Assembly (NCBI GenBank): GCA_030141605.1
Contig: JAQGDQ010000157.1
Coordinates: 417,145-481,144 of the forward strand
From: Tubiluchus corallicola
Lineage: Eukaryota; Animalia; Priapulida
Reading direction: 5' to 3'
Length of the DNA stretch: 64,000 nucleotides
Shown: positions 25,261-39,287 of the stretch, in pieces
How positions within the stretch are numbered: the stretch's first letter is position 1
Layout: the number at the start of each line of letters is the position of its first letter
Translations under genes and position numbers: made by a program
The notes under the pieces: generated by a model
Told to the model about the DNA's origin: nothing
What the model saw: only the letters and a program-made list of their open reading frames with translations
The model's database searches: none

Positions 25261-26099
25261 AAAAGCTCACTAAATAAAGAATATTACTATGATTATATTG
25301 TTGTAAACAGATGTGAATGAATCTATTTGCGTCGTGATGCTCTGTAATAAAAAATCAGCTGAATGGCAGAGTCTACTCTATTGTCACACGCCTGGCAAAT
25401 GCAGTTGTATGGTATGTAACCAAGCTGTCTGACCTAATTCTCTTTCTTGTGGCAGTCGTTTGAAATGAAGAAATTATTTCTTTTTCCACTGCATTTGAAG
25501 ATCATTTCTATTGCCCTATTTACGTTAGCCAGAATTTCGGTAAAGTGGAAAATTTTTATAAGTAGAAAATTTTCCCCCTTTTGAAGATTTAATTGTAGTA
25601 GTAATTTTACACTCCATGTTTTATTTTGCGTTCAAGCGCGTTGGACTATCTTATTAAAACACGTAATATTTAGTCTCTTCAGGTTCAGACTTATCAATCA
25701 CGATCTCGGATAGTAAAGTTCACTTGTTCAATATTGATGAAAATACCTTTTTTCGCAGTTCTTTTAAGTACCTTACCTTAAACGTATAAAACGACAGTTT
25801 GTACTAAACTTTGTATGTTTCCAAGCATAGCCAGGTTCGGGGGTAAAGGAAGAATGGCCGAACCCTGAATCCTGGTCAGCTTCCTGATGACTCCCACATG
25901 TGGACCTCTGTGCTGCATGTGGTGTGAGTTCTTTTGATCAATTGACTGTTTGCTTGCAAATCAGTTGACTGGTTGCTTGCAAATTTTAAATGATTGCCTT
26001 TTACTATTGTTTGCAGGATGGTACAGAGAGTGTAGCAACCAATATGGCTGACACTCAGTTGTCACTAGCTGATAATTTGGCGTAAAATGGTCAAACCAG

Positions 26100-29000
26100 A
26101 TGTTTAGTCAAATGAAAACAAAGAGCTTTTTTGTGTTAGTAACATGCATTTTTGCTACAAGTGTTGTACTAGTGTTGCTAAGCAACCAGACTCCGGATTT
26201 TCAAAGTTTGGTAGTGGAGACGAACAAACAGATTGGCGGAAAGCTGAAGGATCTGCAAAATATAGCAGCTCCGCAGAACTTGGAGTTGCAAGCAGCGGAT
26301 GAAAAGTAAGATGAAATGTAATAGATAATGTTCAAATTTTGGCATGCGAGTGACGTGTAGTGTTTCAGTTATATTCCTCATTTGGTAAGTGGTTATTGAG
26401 GACATGTTTTTGAAATTGTTTGCAAATTTCTAATTCAGTTTAGTGGATATACTCAATCTGTTCCTTTACTACTCAGTCTGCAGAAAAAATTCTGTGCCAG
26501 TAGAGCTGGCTTCTTTTTAATACTTGAGCATGTGCATTCGTAAAACATTTGCAATTCTGTAAACGGTCTTAAAAAGTATTAAAATATAGCTTTGCTTTTT
26601 AGGTTAATTTTTATAAATGTTTATTCATTTGTTTCTTCTCTTTTAGGTACATGACGCTTCTTGGATTTACATCTCATCCAAAGTTATTTCCAAGGCCATT
26701 GCCAAAGAATATCACATCGCCAGTAATTGTTGCCATCATTACTCCAGCCAGGTACAAAGAAGCAACAGGATTTGCTAGATCGGTGAAGAAGTATTTTACT
26801 CACAACACGTTCGTTTTGTACAGTCTCTTGCCAAGTTTCGATGACAATGAAAAGGTAGCAACAATTTTTATAACTCTCTTTTGCTTTTGAGCTACTAACC
26901 AATACAGTAAGTCCTTGCTTAACGACGCTAATGAGTTCCAGCAAAACGTGACTCTAATTGAAACGGCATTAAATGAAATCAAGACTTCCATAGAAAGTAA
27001 TGTAGAAGAATTGTGAGGCAAAATCAATGGTACTTAGTTCATATAAATTAAATGTTTTGTGAGTTTTTTCATATTTCTGCTGATTAATTTCTTTCTGCTT
27101 GGTTGTAACTACCTTACCAATACCTAGATAATGTTACCATTGAAGCTCTAGCTACTCAGTTAGCGGTTGAAAACTGCATAGTAAAAGACAAGCTCCGGGG
27201 AAGCCTTAAGACAATTTCGTCTAGATATTGGTTGATATAGCAACTGGTTACAGGCAAAATTCCTTGTACAAAATTTGTACCCAGATGCCCGCAAATAGAT
27301 CTCACGTTATACAAGTGGCTAGCATTTAGCAGTCAGTCTGGAAGCAAAAGGATGTATAATAATTGTACTATTTATGTTACTAGTATGCTTTTAGAACAAA
27401 ACAATGTGATATGTACTGATTTTTTGCTTCAAATTGGGTAAAAATGTTGTAGATAAAATAAACAAAAGTTGTTAAAATGAAACATGTCAAATATTTAGCA
27501 TCGTTGAAACAAAACAGCATTAAATGAGGAGTCTTTAAGCGAGGACTTACTGTATCAGCATTTATACTAAGAAATTGGTTTGTTTATCGCGACATGTCTC
27601 GATAATATACCAACTTTTTATTTTGAACTTTTTGTACTTTTGTCGGTGCATTTACTATGTTAACTTCCTTCTAAAAAGACAAGTTGTGTTGATTTGCAAT
27701 TATGAGATAGATGGAGTCAAACCTCGTTATAACACCCCCACGTTAAGGCCCAAATTTGTGCCAAAATAAAATGCGTATATTTGCAACGACATGTATGTAT
27801 TAATACACCTCGTTGTGATGCCATTCTCGCTTAACTCCAACTTTTTTGCAGGTCTAATTTTGGTATAAAGAGATTTGATTGTATTCGATCCTGTTTCTAT
27901 TAATAAAGGAAGGTTTGTTATAAACACTAAGAAACTGATATACAGTATAGCATCATTATAGCGAAACTGCTAGGGACCCATAGAAAAGTATGTTATAACG
28001 GATGTACTCTATAAGCATATGCGGCTGATGATATGGATTACTAGATGGACAAGCACGTATTAATAATTAAAGTGTATAAATAAAATGTACAATGTTTGGT
28101 TTCATAGAGGATGTAAAAGTACTTTTAAAAGATTCTGACAAGTATCATAGTAGTATGTTAATATTCAATGAAATATATTTTATATTACTTCAGGAAACTA
28201 TAAGTTGATGATCGTGTTATATTAAATTGTATGTGCACGTTCAGCTGTAAATTTACATAACATGTTCGTTCAGTAAAGTCAATGAGATTCAAAAAGTCGG
28301 GCAAATTTGTTAGCACAAAATTTCTGTTTTTCTCTTGTATAAAAAGTTTCTGCAGCAAATTAAGAGCAGTATGGTTCATCACTTGATAAACATCTAATTA
28401 GCATGCTGCCATTAGGGCCTGGTGAAAAAACTTTTTTTCAATGTTATTGTTTTTGTTATTGGGCCTTATATTCCAGTGCTGCAGCTTTTAGAAAAATCTA
28501 TATAGAGCTAATGTTAAAGTATTAGTTAACATGTGGCAACATATGTATAAATACACACATGTTTAAATTTCACAGACACATCTTTCTAATATGCAAAACT
28601 GTCATAGTTGAGTGTGCCATATCAGTTAATCATTCCACACATCTGGTGAAAGTTGGTAGGTCAGTCGAGTGGTTATAAAAGTTTTTAAGGTTTGTCAGAT
28701 TACTACCAAATGAGCATAATTCCGAATTCTTCAGATAAGTGGAGACACATCTTCCTAAAGCTAAATCTAGCTGAAAATTTACCCGTGTTAGTATATTTTC
28801 AAACCTCCAAAGTAGGAAAAGTTGTAAAGAGATTGAATAAAATTTTTTTTCATCACACCCTAGTGTATCTGTACGTAGATAAAATATCTATGTGCCAGAC
28901 TAGTAGACAAAATGGCCTTTTGATGTGACGTGTTAACAACTCCGTATGCTGCATACCTAACAAATGCAACAACTTTCTTGCAGCTCTAGTAATAACGGGG

Positions 29001-32000
29001 CAAGTTAATATTTAAACGGCTGACAACGACGTGCTAATAACTCCGTATGCTGCATACCTAACAAACGCAACAACTTTCTTGCAGCTCTAGGAATGACGGG
29101 GCAAATTAATATTCAAACGGCTGACAACGACGTGCTAACAACTCCGTATGCTGCATACCTAACAAATGCAACAACTTTCTTGCAGCTCTAGGAATGACGG
29201 GGCAAATTAATATTCAAACAGCTGACAACTTTTAGGCAAAGTACGCTGTAAAAACTCATAAATACATAATAATACTGGTAATGGGGCCTGATAAAAAGGT
29301 CTACACTACCAGGGCCTATGGAGTCGGAGTCGGCAATAAATTTACTGCTAAAAGACTCGGAGTCGGAGTTGTTAAAACTTATGGTTTTGCAGTCTGAGTC
29401 GGGACTCAGGAGTACACTTATTGTTAGAGGAGTTGGTGTTAGAGTCGGTAAAAATTGACAAACTCAAACTCTAGTTACTTTTAACTTTTAACAAATTTAT
29501 GCATAACATCCCATTTTGGGATGCTTTTGTATTGGAGTCTATGCAGCTAGACTGTTTTTTTGAGCCTAAGAAGTAGTGATGCACTCTGTAGCTAAATTTT
29601 GAGAGTACTGCAAACTATTACTTATAAGCAGGAGTCGGAGTTGGGGCTCCTGAAATTTTAGGAGCCAGAGTCAGGAGTACAACTCCACCCCCCTGCCTGG
29701 TGCAGTACGCAATAACAGAGTACATTGTATTCAAAGCTCTTATACTAGTTAAATGAATAATGAAAGTTTGTTCTTTTTTGTGAGTTCACAGTAAACCATG
29801 TTTGCCATCATAATTTTATACTGTACATACTCATGTCTAGCGGAATATACTCCATAGCTCAGTAATGACAGATGCACTTTACTCCGCACTTCTAAGAATT
29901 TTCTTCATTAATTAACTGCCCCCCCCCCCAATATGTGTCATCTAATGAAAGTTTGTGTGTATTCCACGGTTAATTGTTATGTTTTTATTGACAATGTTTT
30001 TTATGTTTTAGCTGAGAGATTATTGCAATTGTACATATCGTATTTTTAAAACTGAGAAATATCCGTCATATGTTAGTGATTTCAAGTTGCATGCATATCG
30101 ACCAATCATTATTCAGGTAAGTTGTATCGCATTCAAATTTTAAGTTTTACGTTTTTTTTATTTTTAAAATACTGCACAAAATTGATACGTAATGCATTTT
30201 TATTGAAATTGTGATCAAAATTTTCATTTAGCCTGATTATATTTTCTAATTTCGAGGGTCGAGAATAGGATAATTTCAATAATCAGTGGCAGCTCGTCGT
30301 ACAGGTACTCCAGCACTGCCTGTTTTCAATCAATATTATCAGTAATATTCAATATAATAAGTCTTTTTCCTTTAGCTCTTTCTTTTTACTTGTACTGTCC
30401 AGAGCACATGAGGGTGGTACTGTTTGCTTCACAGCCCAGCACAGTGGTGTGTTTGGTGTTTGATTGTTGCGCGCACACGCCCTTGAGCACAATTCAGAGC
30501 CTTTATGCTGCACTTTAGGTAGAGAGAGCTCTGTCGCTCACGCAGTGTGTGTTATCAGTTGTTATGTGCTTAACCGCCGCGTACTGGCATATTCTTGAAC
30601 TGCCACAATTTAGGCTATATGTAAACAAACAATCTCTGTTTAGCACTTTATCATGTTTAGGCATAAATTTTCGTATGTTTGCTTGTTTAAAATTACAATT
30701 ACAAATTACAACATTAAAATTACACATGTTTATTTCGTTTTACACAGTATTAAAACAATGGTTAAACATTTTTTGAAGCAGCAATCCTACTAATTTTAAT
30801 TACAAGCTGCTACTATAGATAATGTTACAACTTTGCCATTCTCTTTGCTAAAGATGACTTTCAATAGCTTGTTAAAGAAATAGCCCTTTAATGCTGTTAA
30901 CAAAGGCTAAAGAAAGCAAGATCGCTAGATGAAAAGCATTGAATTATCTAGTTCCGTTGCCATATGAATGCTATATGAAATCTGTTTTCGCTAAAAGCAA
31001 GTTTTTCATTGGCGGCTTGTAGTTAAAATTAGTGGGGGTGCTGTTTTAGAAAAATTTTAGCCATTGTTTTAATACTGTGTAAAACAAAACAAACATGCAA
31101 TTTTAATGTTGTAATTTGTAATCCTAATTTTAAACACACAAACATACGAAAATTTATACATAAACTTGAAAAAATCCTAAAAAAAATTTTCTTAGGAACG
31201 GCCTAAATTGTTGCAATGCAAAAATCTGCCGGTACACCGTTTTTAAGCACGTGACAACTGGCAAGAGACTGTGTGGGTACTCTCTCTATCCAAAGTGCAG
31301 CATAAAGGCTCAGACATGTGCACAAGGCTGCGTGCGCACAACACCCAAACACCAAACACACCACTGTGCTGGGCTGTGAAACAAGCAGTACTACCCTCAC
31401 GTGCTCTGGTTCCGTACAAGTATAAAGAAAGAGCTAAAGAAGAAAAGACTTATTATATTGAATATTATCGATAATATAGGGGGTGCTGCAGTTCCACAGT
31501 GCCTATACATGAGCCGCCACTGAAGTTTTTACTGTTATATTTAAAAATTAAAAATCTAAAGAAAATTCCATGTATTTTTTCACTAATTTAGGAAGCACTT
31601 GATGAATTTGGCAGTATTATTTTTCTGGACCCCACGGTTCGTCTCACCACATCAAACATCACATCGTACCTGAACCGAGCACGAGGTACGGGCCTCCTTG
31701 TTTGGAGTCTACAGTCTGATATACCCATCCCAACTTCAGCGCTTACACATGAGAAAATGTTTGCCTTCTTCAACAGAAAGAAGGAGGACTATTATTTTCA
31801 CCGCATGGCGGAGCCGGATAATATGATTATTTTTAACACACACGCTGTGCACATGAATCTCATGTTACCATGGTTACAGTGTACTCTCATCTTCAATTGC
31901 TTAGCACCAATTGGTGCTCAAGATACAGGTTGTAATTTTGATCACAAGCCACTGTATCTGTATACTGGCTGCCATCGCTATGACACCTCAGCCTTTAACA

Positions 32001-32161
32001 TTGCTCTTGGTGTAAAGTACAGAGCTGAAGATTATCTGGGTGGAGAAGATAAGTTTTATCGACATATCGTGCCTGGAGAACCTGTCATGATGGAACAGGA
32101 AATTGCAAACCAAACAGACACGTTCGCACAAAACAGTCCCCCGTTTTTACGTACAACTTAG
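26100..32161 (+). CDS. DUF1647-like type II membrane protein of unknown function (possibly glycosyltransferase-like)
   Basis: Four in-frame GT-AG exons: 26100-26305 (N-terminal TM helix), 26647-26854, 30012-30116 (YPSYVSDFKLHAYRPIIIQ) and 31592-32161 (EALDEFGSIIFLDPTVR...PTSALTHEKMF...MLPWLQCTL...GCHRYDTSA). The YxxxPIII, THxxM, PWxxC and CHRYD motifs are typical of DUF1647 proteins. Confidence 0.85.
26905..27552 (+). mobile_element. Tc1/mariner (Tigger-like) MITE family F, copy 1
   Basis: TA|CAGTAAGTCCTTGCTTAA ... TTAAGCGAGGACTTACTG|TA. Homologous to 41304-41880. Confidence 0.85.
28928..29229. repeat. Tandem repeat, 101-bp unit x3
   Basis: ACGTG.TAA.AACTCCGTATGCTGCATACCTAAC starts at 28928, 29029 and 29130. 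Confidence 0.95.
29309..29696. mobile_element. Non-autonomous DNA element with GGAGTC subrepeats (hAT-like)
   Basis: CAGGG...GGAGTCGGAGTCGG arrays, ending ACTCCACCCCCCTG. Confidence 0.55.
30284..30815 (+). mobile_element. hAT-like MITE family B, copy 2
   Basis: Homologous to 4369-4916, with a degenerate TSD TCAATAAT/TAGATAAT. Confidence 0.85.
31007..31522 (-). mobile_element. hAT-like MITE family B, copy 3 (inverted)
   Basis: CATTGGCGGCT ... GAGCCGCCACTG, with a perfect TSD AAGTTTTT on both sides. Confidence 0.9.
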
Positions 32162-32839
32162 CTAGTTCTTGCTCAGAAATACAGTGAGTATTTATATGCT
32201 ACCCAGTTCATAGATGGGGTTGCTTGGTGACACAAGAGTCTCCAAAACGTCCTGCAAGATTCACTGTTGATTTTTTGTAACATTCGTAACTGGCATTTGT
32301 CGCTTGAGCTTCCATGAGTGTTTGCCTTAGAAAGACTGTGTATGAGAATGTATAGGGGCAGGAGGAGAGGAATGGGACTGCGAAGTAAATTTGATCAGTG
32401 AGAGATGTAAGAGGCAGTGCTTCAGTACTGCAGCACTGTAGTGGTTTGAACCTAGCTTGGAAACGACAGTCAAGCACTTCATGTTATCAGAGGTATTACA
32501 GATGTTGCTATTGCTTACATTACTACAATTCAGCATAATAGCATAATTTACCAAAACTCTAATAATCACCAGCCCTCATTTGAATGTCCATCTTTGTCAA
32601 ACATTTCACGATCCTACAGTGTTGCCATGGTTTTCTAATCATTGCAGCTTGTAAGATTGCAAGGTAGCGTGTGTGTTTTTAATAGTTGACTGTTTGTATT
32701 ATAACTTGTAAACAGGATCCTGTACAAAATTCAGGTACAGTTTCATTCATCTCATTCTGTATAACTTGAATTTGCTTGGTCACAAATTCTTGAAGCAGTT
32801 TTTGTGTTTGAGCACATGTGTTTGTGAGATAAATTTCTC

Positions 32840-33250
32840 AATAAGCCTTTTACGCAGTTCCAGCAATTGATGATGATCGTGAAAAGGTCAACGGTTAAGT
32901 GTACCAGACAATGCATTTGTGTACACTTGACAACGCCTCGCAGCCCAAGCTATTGTAACACGTAGTAACAGTTTTAACAGCTAGTTAGAATATTACCTAG
33001 TGCATTTTTTCTTATTCCCAAGAAAGATCCTGTTAGTAAATCACTCTACACACAGACTAGTGCATAATTAAGTAAAGTCCATGTAAAACAACTGAAGTTA
33101 CTGAACTGAGATGGCAGACGGCTTTGCTTTACACATATGTCACATGACAGTAGTAGTAAAGATGCATTGCTGTGGTACATGTTTAACGCTTAATGTCTTT
33201 GAGCTATAGCAACTGCGCATGCGCACTACGAAACTGTGAAAAGGCTTATT
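32840..33250. mobile_element. MITE family G, copy 1
   Basis: TIRs AATAAGCCTTTT..CAGTT ... AACTGTGAAAAGGCTTATT. Homologous to 46007-46353 and partly to 59400-59558. Confidence 0.75.
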
Positions 33251-33595
33251 TGAGAAATCCCCATTTTTGAAATCTGTATGCCGACTGATACTCACTATCC
33301 ATGAACCCATTTAGTTTTATTTGTTCAGTTATCAGTAAAAATTTAATTTCTATGCCATGTTACCTTCTATGCAAATATTCCTCTCCATAGATAAATCTTT
33401 GCAATGTCGTCTTTATCGCTTATGTTCCTTAATCATTTTGTAAGTTCATACAGCAAAATTGCTAAAGACAATGATACATGTTTGTCTTGTCATGGACTGC
33501 CTTGTGTCAGGCTGCAAATACAGGGTAGTACATAACCTTTCCCGGGGGGTGGGGGGTTACAACAACAACGAGTAACAGCACACATCAATTTATTA

Positions 33596-34157
33596 CAGTA
33601 AACTCTAACACCTCGGGATCGGAAAATTTATTCGAGTTACGCGAGGGTGTGAGTTAGACAATGTTCATAAGGAAACAAGATTCAGTCGCTCATCAATGTT
33701 GGACATACACTGCAGCCTGTGAAAATGACAAACTGAACCGTTAGTCAAATATCAAACAACAGTTTTTATGAATAATCAAAAATAAAATGACTGGTCCACC
33801 TATATTGTATTCTGAGAAGCAGGGTTAATAGATTCGGCAATAATATTGTGATCTACAATGAAACCACATTTGTTAACCCATGTTGTGTTAGAGTAATTCA
33901 AGAAATCTTAGCATTTTTGCTGAAACTAGCAGTTAAAATCGTAATGTGGTGCACACTTTTGCATAGGATTCCTCGCTTGGGGGTTGTTCGAGATAGGTGT
34001 TTTAATTTCAGTTAGATTCTTGTAAATTGTACTGGGAATTCAGTTTGAGTTATGCGATAATTTGAGTCACAGATTTCGAGTTATGTGACGGTTGGTAAAC
34101 AGAAAAATGAAAGGAAAAATCTGTTCCATGAAAATTCGAGTTGTACGTAGTTTACTG
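33596..34157. mobile_element. Tc1/mariner-like MITE
   Basis: TA|CAGTAAACT ... AGTTTACTG, with CGAGTTA subterminal repeats. Confidence 0.6.
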
Positions 34158-34195
34158 TGTATATCAAAATATTGCCCAAACAATAGAACATCTAT

Positions 34196-34556
34196 CATGC
34201 CCTCAAAAATTTAGTATGAAAGCCTTGTGTGTCTCGCACAACCTGCAATCTTGAGGGGTATGATTCGAAGAGTGACTCGCAGAACTCAAGGTCTTCCATC
34301 ACATTGTGCAGTTATCTCTCAAGCTTGTCTGTTGGTCACTGGTCAATGACATGGTTTTTGTTATCTTAGCACTATTCTGTCCTTCAGCATAACTACAAAG
34401 TATTTAGCATGGTTGAGGTTTACTGAGTTTCCAGCTTTTCAGTTCAATTGAAAAATTTAATTCTTGAGTTTTCGGGCTGCTGCTGCTATCATACCCCTCA
34501 AGATTGCAGGCTGTGTGAGATCTACGAGGCTTTCATACTAAGTATTGAAGGCATGC
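34196..34556. repeat. Imperfect inverted repeat of about 69-bp arms (probable MITE)
   Basis: CATGCCCTCAA...CTGCAATCTTGAGGGGTATGAT pairs with ATCATACCCCTCAAGATTGCAG...TTGAAGGCATG. Confidence 0.8.
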
Positions 34557-34567
34557 TGTTACATTTT

Positions 34568-35273
34568 TAGAGGCTGAAGCTGAGTCAGTTGCTACTACAT
34601 CAGCTGACTCACACAGTAAATCAGCTAGCTCAGCTGAGGTTGACTGAAAATTCAGCTGAGTTGTCTTAAAGAAAAAAATCAGCTAAGTCAGCTAAAACTA
34701 GAAATTTTTGTTAACTAAATAAATGATAAATTGTTTGTTAACTGTTAAATTATGGAGACAAATTTTTTAAATAGTTGGTGTTGCTTCTACACAGAAAAAA
34801 GCTGATGTACAAATTCAAATAATGCATTAGAGATCAATTTTTTATTATTATAAAAATAGATTTATTGCAAATATAATTTAAATACAACTCTTGTCGAGGC
34901 TTATCTTGATTACCGACGAATCAATACCAAAACACCAAAATAATGCCAGATGTGTGATTATGCTGGCTATTTGTGTATTTAATTTTGAGTTGACCAGCTT
35001 TCTCGTTCAGAAATTTCTAAAGTTTAGTATCTCTGCCAACACATGCACAATCTGACTGCGAATCCGCAATGCATTTGCCATGTTTCAGCCAGTGATTTGC
35101 AGTGTCATGTGATTATCGCAAGAGCGAAAATCTTCACAGCCGGCAAAAATGTCGGCTAGCTCGACTCCCATCACTGAGTGGCTGACGCGACTGAAGCTGG
35201 GTTTCTTATCGGCTGGGTCAACTGTGGAAACAAACACTGGAGTTCAGCTAAAATGGAACAGCTACGGGCTCTA
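34568..35273. mobile_element. hAT-like non-autonomous element with AGCT-rich subtermini
   Basis: TIRs TAGAGGCTGAAGCTG / CAGCTACGGGCTCTA. TSD TACATTTT/TACATTAT (7 of 8 match). Confidence 0.7.
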
Positions 35274-36414
35274 TACATTATGTTGCTTCAGTAATTTTTG
35301 ATGCAATAAATTGTTCTGTAATATTACTCGTTGTTTATGTACCCATCCGAGCAAAAACTTTTATACAGGCCACCCTGTATGTAAGAATTCAAGTTAAACG
35401 TGAAGGGTCTTGTTGCGTGTCGCTGCTGTGATTGTAATAATTATGTCAATTTAATTTTATTCTTTGTCTGTTATGTATGATTTAACATTTCTTAAGATTT
35501 GTGATTGTCTGCCTCATCTCCCATTTTGCAGGTTTTGGTTTTCTATACAGTTTATTAAGTATCATGCAGTAACTGTGTAAGCTAGTATGTTTGTACTTTT
35601 CTGTGTGTGCATAGGGCAGACTAGTGCATCAACTCAGAGATTCAGTTTATTTTACCAGGTTGTTGGTTTAATGTGTTCACTTGCTTGTTTTATTATTGTG
35701 ACTTATTTACAGTATGTCATGTTTCATGCGAGAGAGACCAAATTTTAGAGTAGTTATGTGTTTGGTCTCTCTGCATTGGCTGCATTTATGTGAAACGTTA
35801 CAACTCTATGTTTGCATGCAACAAAGTAACATGTATTGTAAGGTATATGGTTCTGGGAAAATAATCAGCAACCTCCAAAGTTTAAGTATATCACACCGAT
35901 GGGGTTTTTTGGCATTGATAGAAATTATGTAGACCGGAGAGACAGTCATTGGGAGACCGTTCCACCGCATTGTTGGTTAGAGGTGTCGGTGAGATATATT
36001 ACAATGTATGAAAATACATTCCACTTTATGCATATTTAGTCAGGTAAGCTATTTGTAAGTTGTTTTTGTAAGTTTTACAAGCATTACAGAATTACTTTCG
36101 TAAAATTTGTATAACATGAACCGCATTAAAAAGTTATATTTAATGTAAATGTAACAAAATGAAGTCTGCTGAACAGAACTTTTCAGTGAAAATTCTTTGC
36201 ACTATTTCTGCTATTGTTTGGGTGCTTTTAACTATTTTTTTGTATGAAATGCAAATGATCTCGCATTGTATGAGCTAATTGTTACCTTCAGTGATTTTTA
36301 CAATAAATTATTGATATTGCTGTTCTGAGATGTTTGGAATAACTCAGTGTGATGTTTGGCCACTTGTTTTGTTCAGCCATTGTGTAACATGTATGTATGT
36401 GATGACTGTACATT

Positions 36415-36948
36415 CAGTGATGGCTCATGTACAGGCACTGTGGAACTACAGCACCCCTATTTTCACTCGAAATTATCGATAATATTCAATATGAGTCTTT
36501 TTCTTTAATTCTTTTTTTGTACTTATAAATCCTTGTACGGAACCGGAGCACGTGACAGAACTGTGCGCTTCACAGTTCCAGCGACGCTGTGTTTGAGTGT
36601 TGTGCGCATGTGGCCATGCGCACATGTCCGAGATAAGAAGCTGCATGCTAGGTAGAGGGAGCACTGTCACTCACGCAGTGCTGACCTCTTTGGCAAGTAG
36701 TGTTTCTTTTTGATTCAGCGTGTTGTGTTCAAAAACTGTGTACCGTATTCTTGAATGTGATAAAGTGTAAAATTAGATGATTAACTTGCTTCCAGGTATT
36801 CTCTTTATTTCATTTTAATCACGGCCTCCTTGCATCCCCAGGAAATAAGTTCTGTGACTGTGATTGTTTCACTTTACACAATATTAAAAGAATGGTAAAA
36901 AAATTCTGACGCAGCACCCCAATTAATCTTAGCTATGGGCCACCACTG
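36415..36948 (+). mobile_element. hAT-like MITE family B, copy 4 (diverged)
   Basis: CAGTGATGGCTCATGTACAGG ... GGGCCACCACTG. TSD TGTACATT/TTTGCATT. Confidence 0.8.
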
Positions 36949-37974
36949 TTTGCATTTACAAAAGATGTGCACTTATTGCTTTTTCAATGGTAATAATGTT
37001 TAGTACTTAATGCAGACTTTAGCACGTCACTGTTATCATTTGTACAGTGTCATATAGCGTATGCATTTCTAGTCTAACGATTTGTATCTAGTATTTACAA
37101 TGTAATTTACCATTTTTATAAAACAATGTTTACATTGTCTGAGATTTATTATGGTTTTTGCTGATTCCTATCGATTTGGTGATTCCACTGCCTCATAAAC
37201 CGTGTTGTTTGCTCTCATTAACCCAGCAATTAGGCCTTTAAAATCAAGTACTGAGTGTATTTATGTTTGTGGTTCAGTGGCAGTTGCTGGTCAGAATAAT
37301 AATTTAATTTTGTAAAACAGTATGGCACTCTGTCAGCCATTTTCAGTATTTCAGTGAGTGTCTCTATGGCATTTAAACTCATATGACGTCAACACCACAC
37401 AAAAACAACAAAAAAAGACAACTGCAAATCATACAATCTACAACAGTGCACACATACAAAATGACCACCAAAGCAAAAGGGTAATCAGGTGGGCACCGGA
37501 AAAGATTCAGATTTCGGTCCCTACTCACTATCTTCAAACTCTTCCTGTGGGGACCCTGTCACATTGACTGCCCAACCTTAGATGTTAAAGTGATAACTAC
37601 AGATGTAACACACAACATAAACCAACTGCTACAATGACAAAAAGAGAAGGGGCTCCTACTACATGACCACAAAGCGACAAAGGGCTAGACAAGTTTCTCA
37701 TCACCAAAATCACATAACAGCGTCTAGTTTTTTGCTGGATTTACCTATTTTGAGGGCAGATTTCTTTTTTTTAGAATTCTACCTGCCCATTGTCTACAAT
37801 AGACATAATGGTCATGATGTTGATGATACTGAGTGGTTATTCAACTTAGATGATTCTGCTGGCAGTGGAACTAGCTCATTTTCAAGGATATTTCCCTAAG
37901 ATGAAGCAACTGAATTGGCACTTCAATTTGGCAGATGATTAGAACCGTGTTGCTGGAAGGATTGATGAATTCAT

Positions 37975-38200
37975 GGGTGGATCAAGGATTTTTAGAAAGG
38001 GGGCGCCGGAATGTTCGGTATACCACTGCAGAGCGGGCGAAAGGTGGGAGCCAGAGAAGGGGTCTAGCGGTTTTCCTTGGGACAGTTTTCCAGCAATCTG
38101 AGCACATCTAAATCCAAAATAAGCAGGACCATAACACCAATCATTCCTTCACCCCCGCACATGGTGTATATGGACTGTGCGCCCCACCGTGGATCTGCCT
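37975..38200. mobile_element. PIF/Harbinger-like MITE
   Basis: Termini GGGTGGATCAAGG ... CCGTGGATCTGCCT with a GC-rich interior. Confidence 0.55.
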
Positions 38201-38737
38201 ATGTACTTGTCATCTTTTAGACAAATTCAGTAATCAGTATTGCCAAGGTGTATTAGTTAACACAACTTCTACATGTTACCGAGGTGCTGTGTGTGTTTCT
38301 GTCTGGCATAGGACTGTGGGGTATTGTGCATCTGTATGGCAGAGTATTGTAAGGTACAACAGTGGCATATTCCTCAGCCGCCAATGCATTTCCTGGATTT
38401 CAAAGATTACTTGTTGGTGAATTTTGCCATAATGGATCGCTAGGTGTAATCATAGACAGACAGATTTAAATGCTGGAAAGATTCAAGCTTATGTCAATTT
38501 AATTTTTAAGATGCCATCTCTAAATCGAGTACAGTAATTTTACGGTTTTATGTGTGATGTTGATGACAGTGCTGATGGTTGATGATGGTGACAACAACGT
38601 CAATCCGAACGGGTTAAGCTAGGAATTTAATTTTTAAAATTTAAATTTATTTTAAACAAGAAAACGCAAAGAGCTGGTACAATAATCACAATCAATTAAA
38701 TCAGCACGGATGACTAGGAACAGCTAAGGATAGTTAA

Positions 38738-39287
38738 AGGAAAACCGGACGATTGATTAGACTCAATCTCATTTTAATTCACTGTCCAAAAAATAAAAAA
38801 TATTTTCTTGGCTATAAAGGTTAGAAAATTGTCTCTAATATCTGAATAAAAAAATGCATCTTGCAAAATTCATTAACAGCAACCAAACAAAACTATCGCT
38901 TACGTCACAAACTAAACACAGTTTGTGCAATGGTAGGCATCTTCCTTGTGCGTCAAGCGTAAGCAAAGACTGGTACAAGATGCTGACGTGATATCACGAA
39001 AATGAGCTCTGTGTCACACTGACATCACAGACGAACACTGCAGTCATGATCATTCTTATCATGTGACAAAAAGAGGCTATTGCCAGTCTTAGTGGATTCG
39101 CTGAGCCACACGTAAGCCATTGCCAGTCTTAGTGGAATCGCTGAGCCGCACGTAGCTTTGAAAGTTTAATGAAATTTAACTATCCGAGGTCATTATTATT
39201 TAATAAAAGCTTTAATTTAAAAAAGTTTTCAATATTTTAGAGCATACTTTTTTTGAACTAATGTCTACACAATCGTCCGGTTTTCTT
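38738..39287. mobile_element. TTAA-flanked (Kolobok-like) MITE
   Basis: TTAA|AGGAAAACCGGACGATTG ... CAATCGTCCGGTTTTCTT|TTAA, with an internal tandem duplication of about 41 bp near 39076-39155. Confidence 0.8.
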
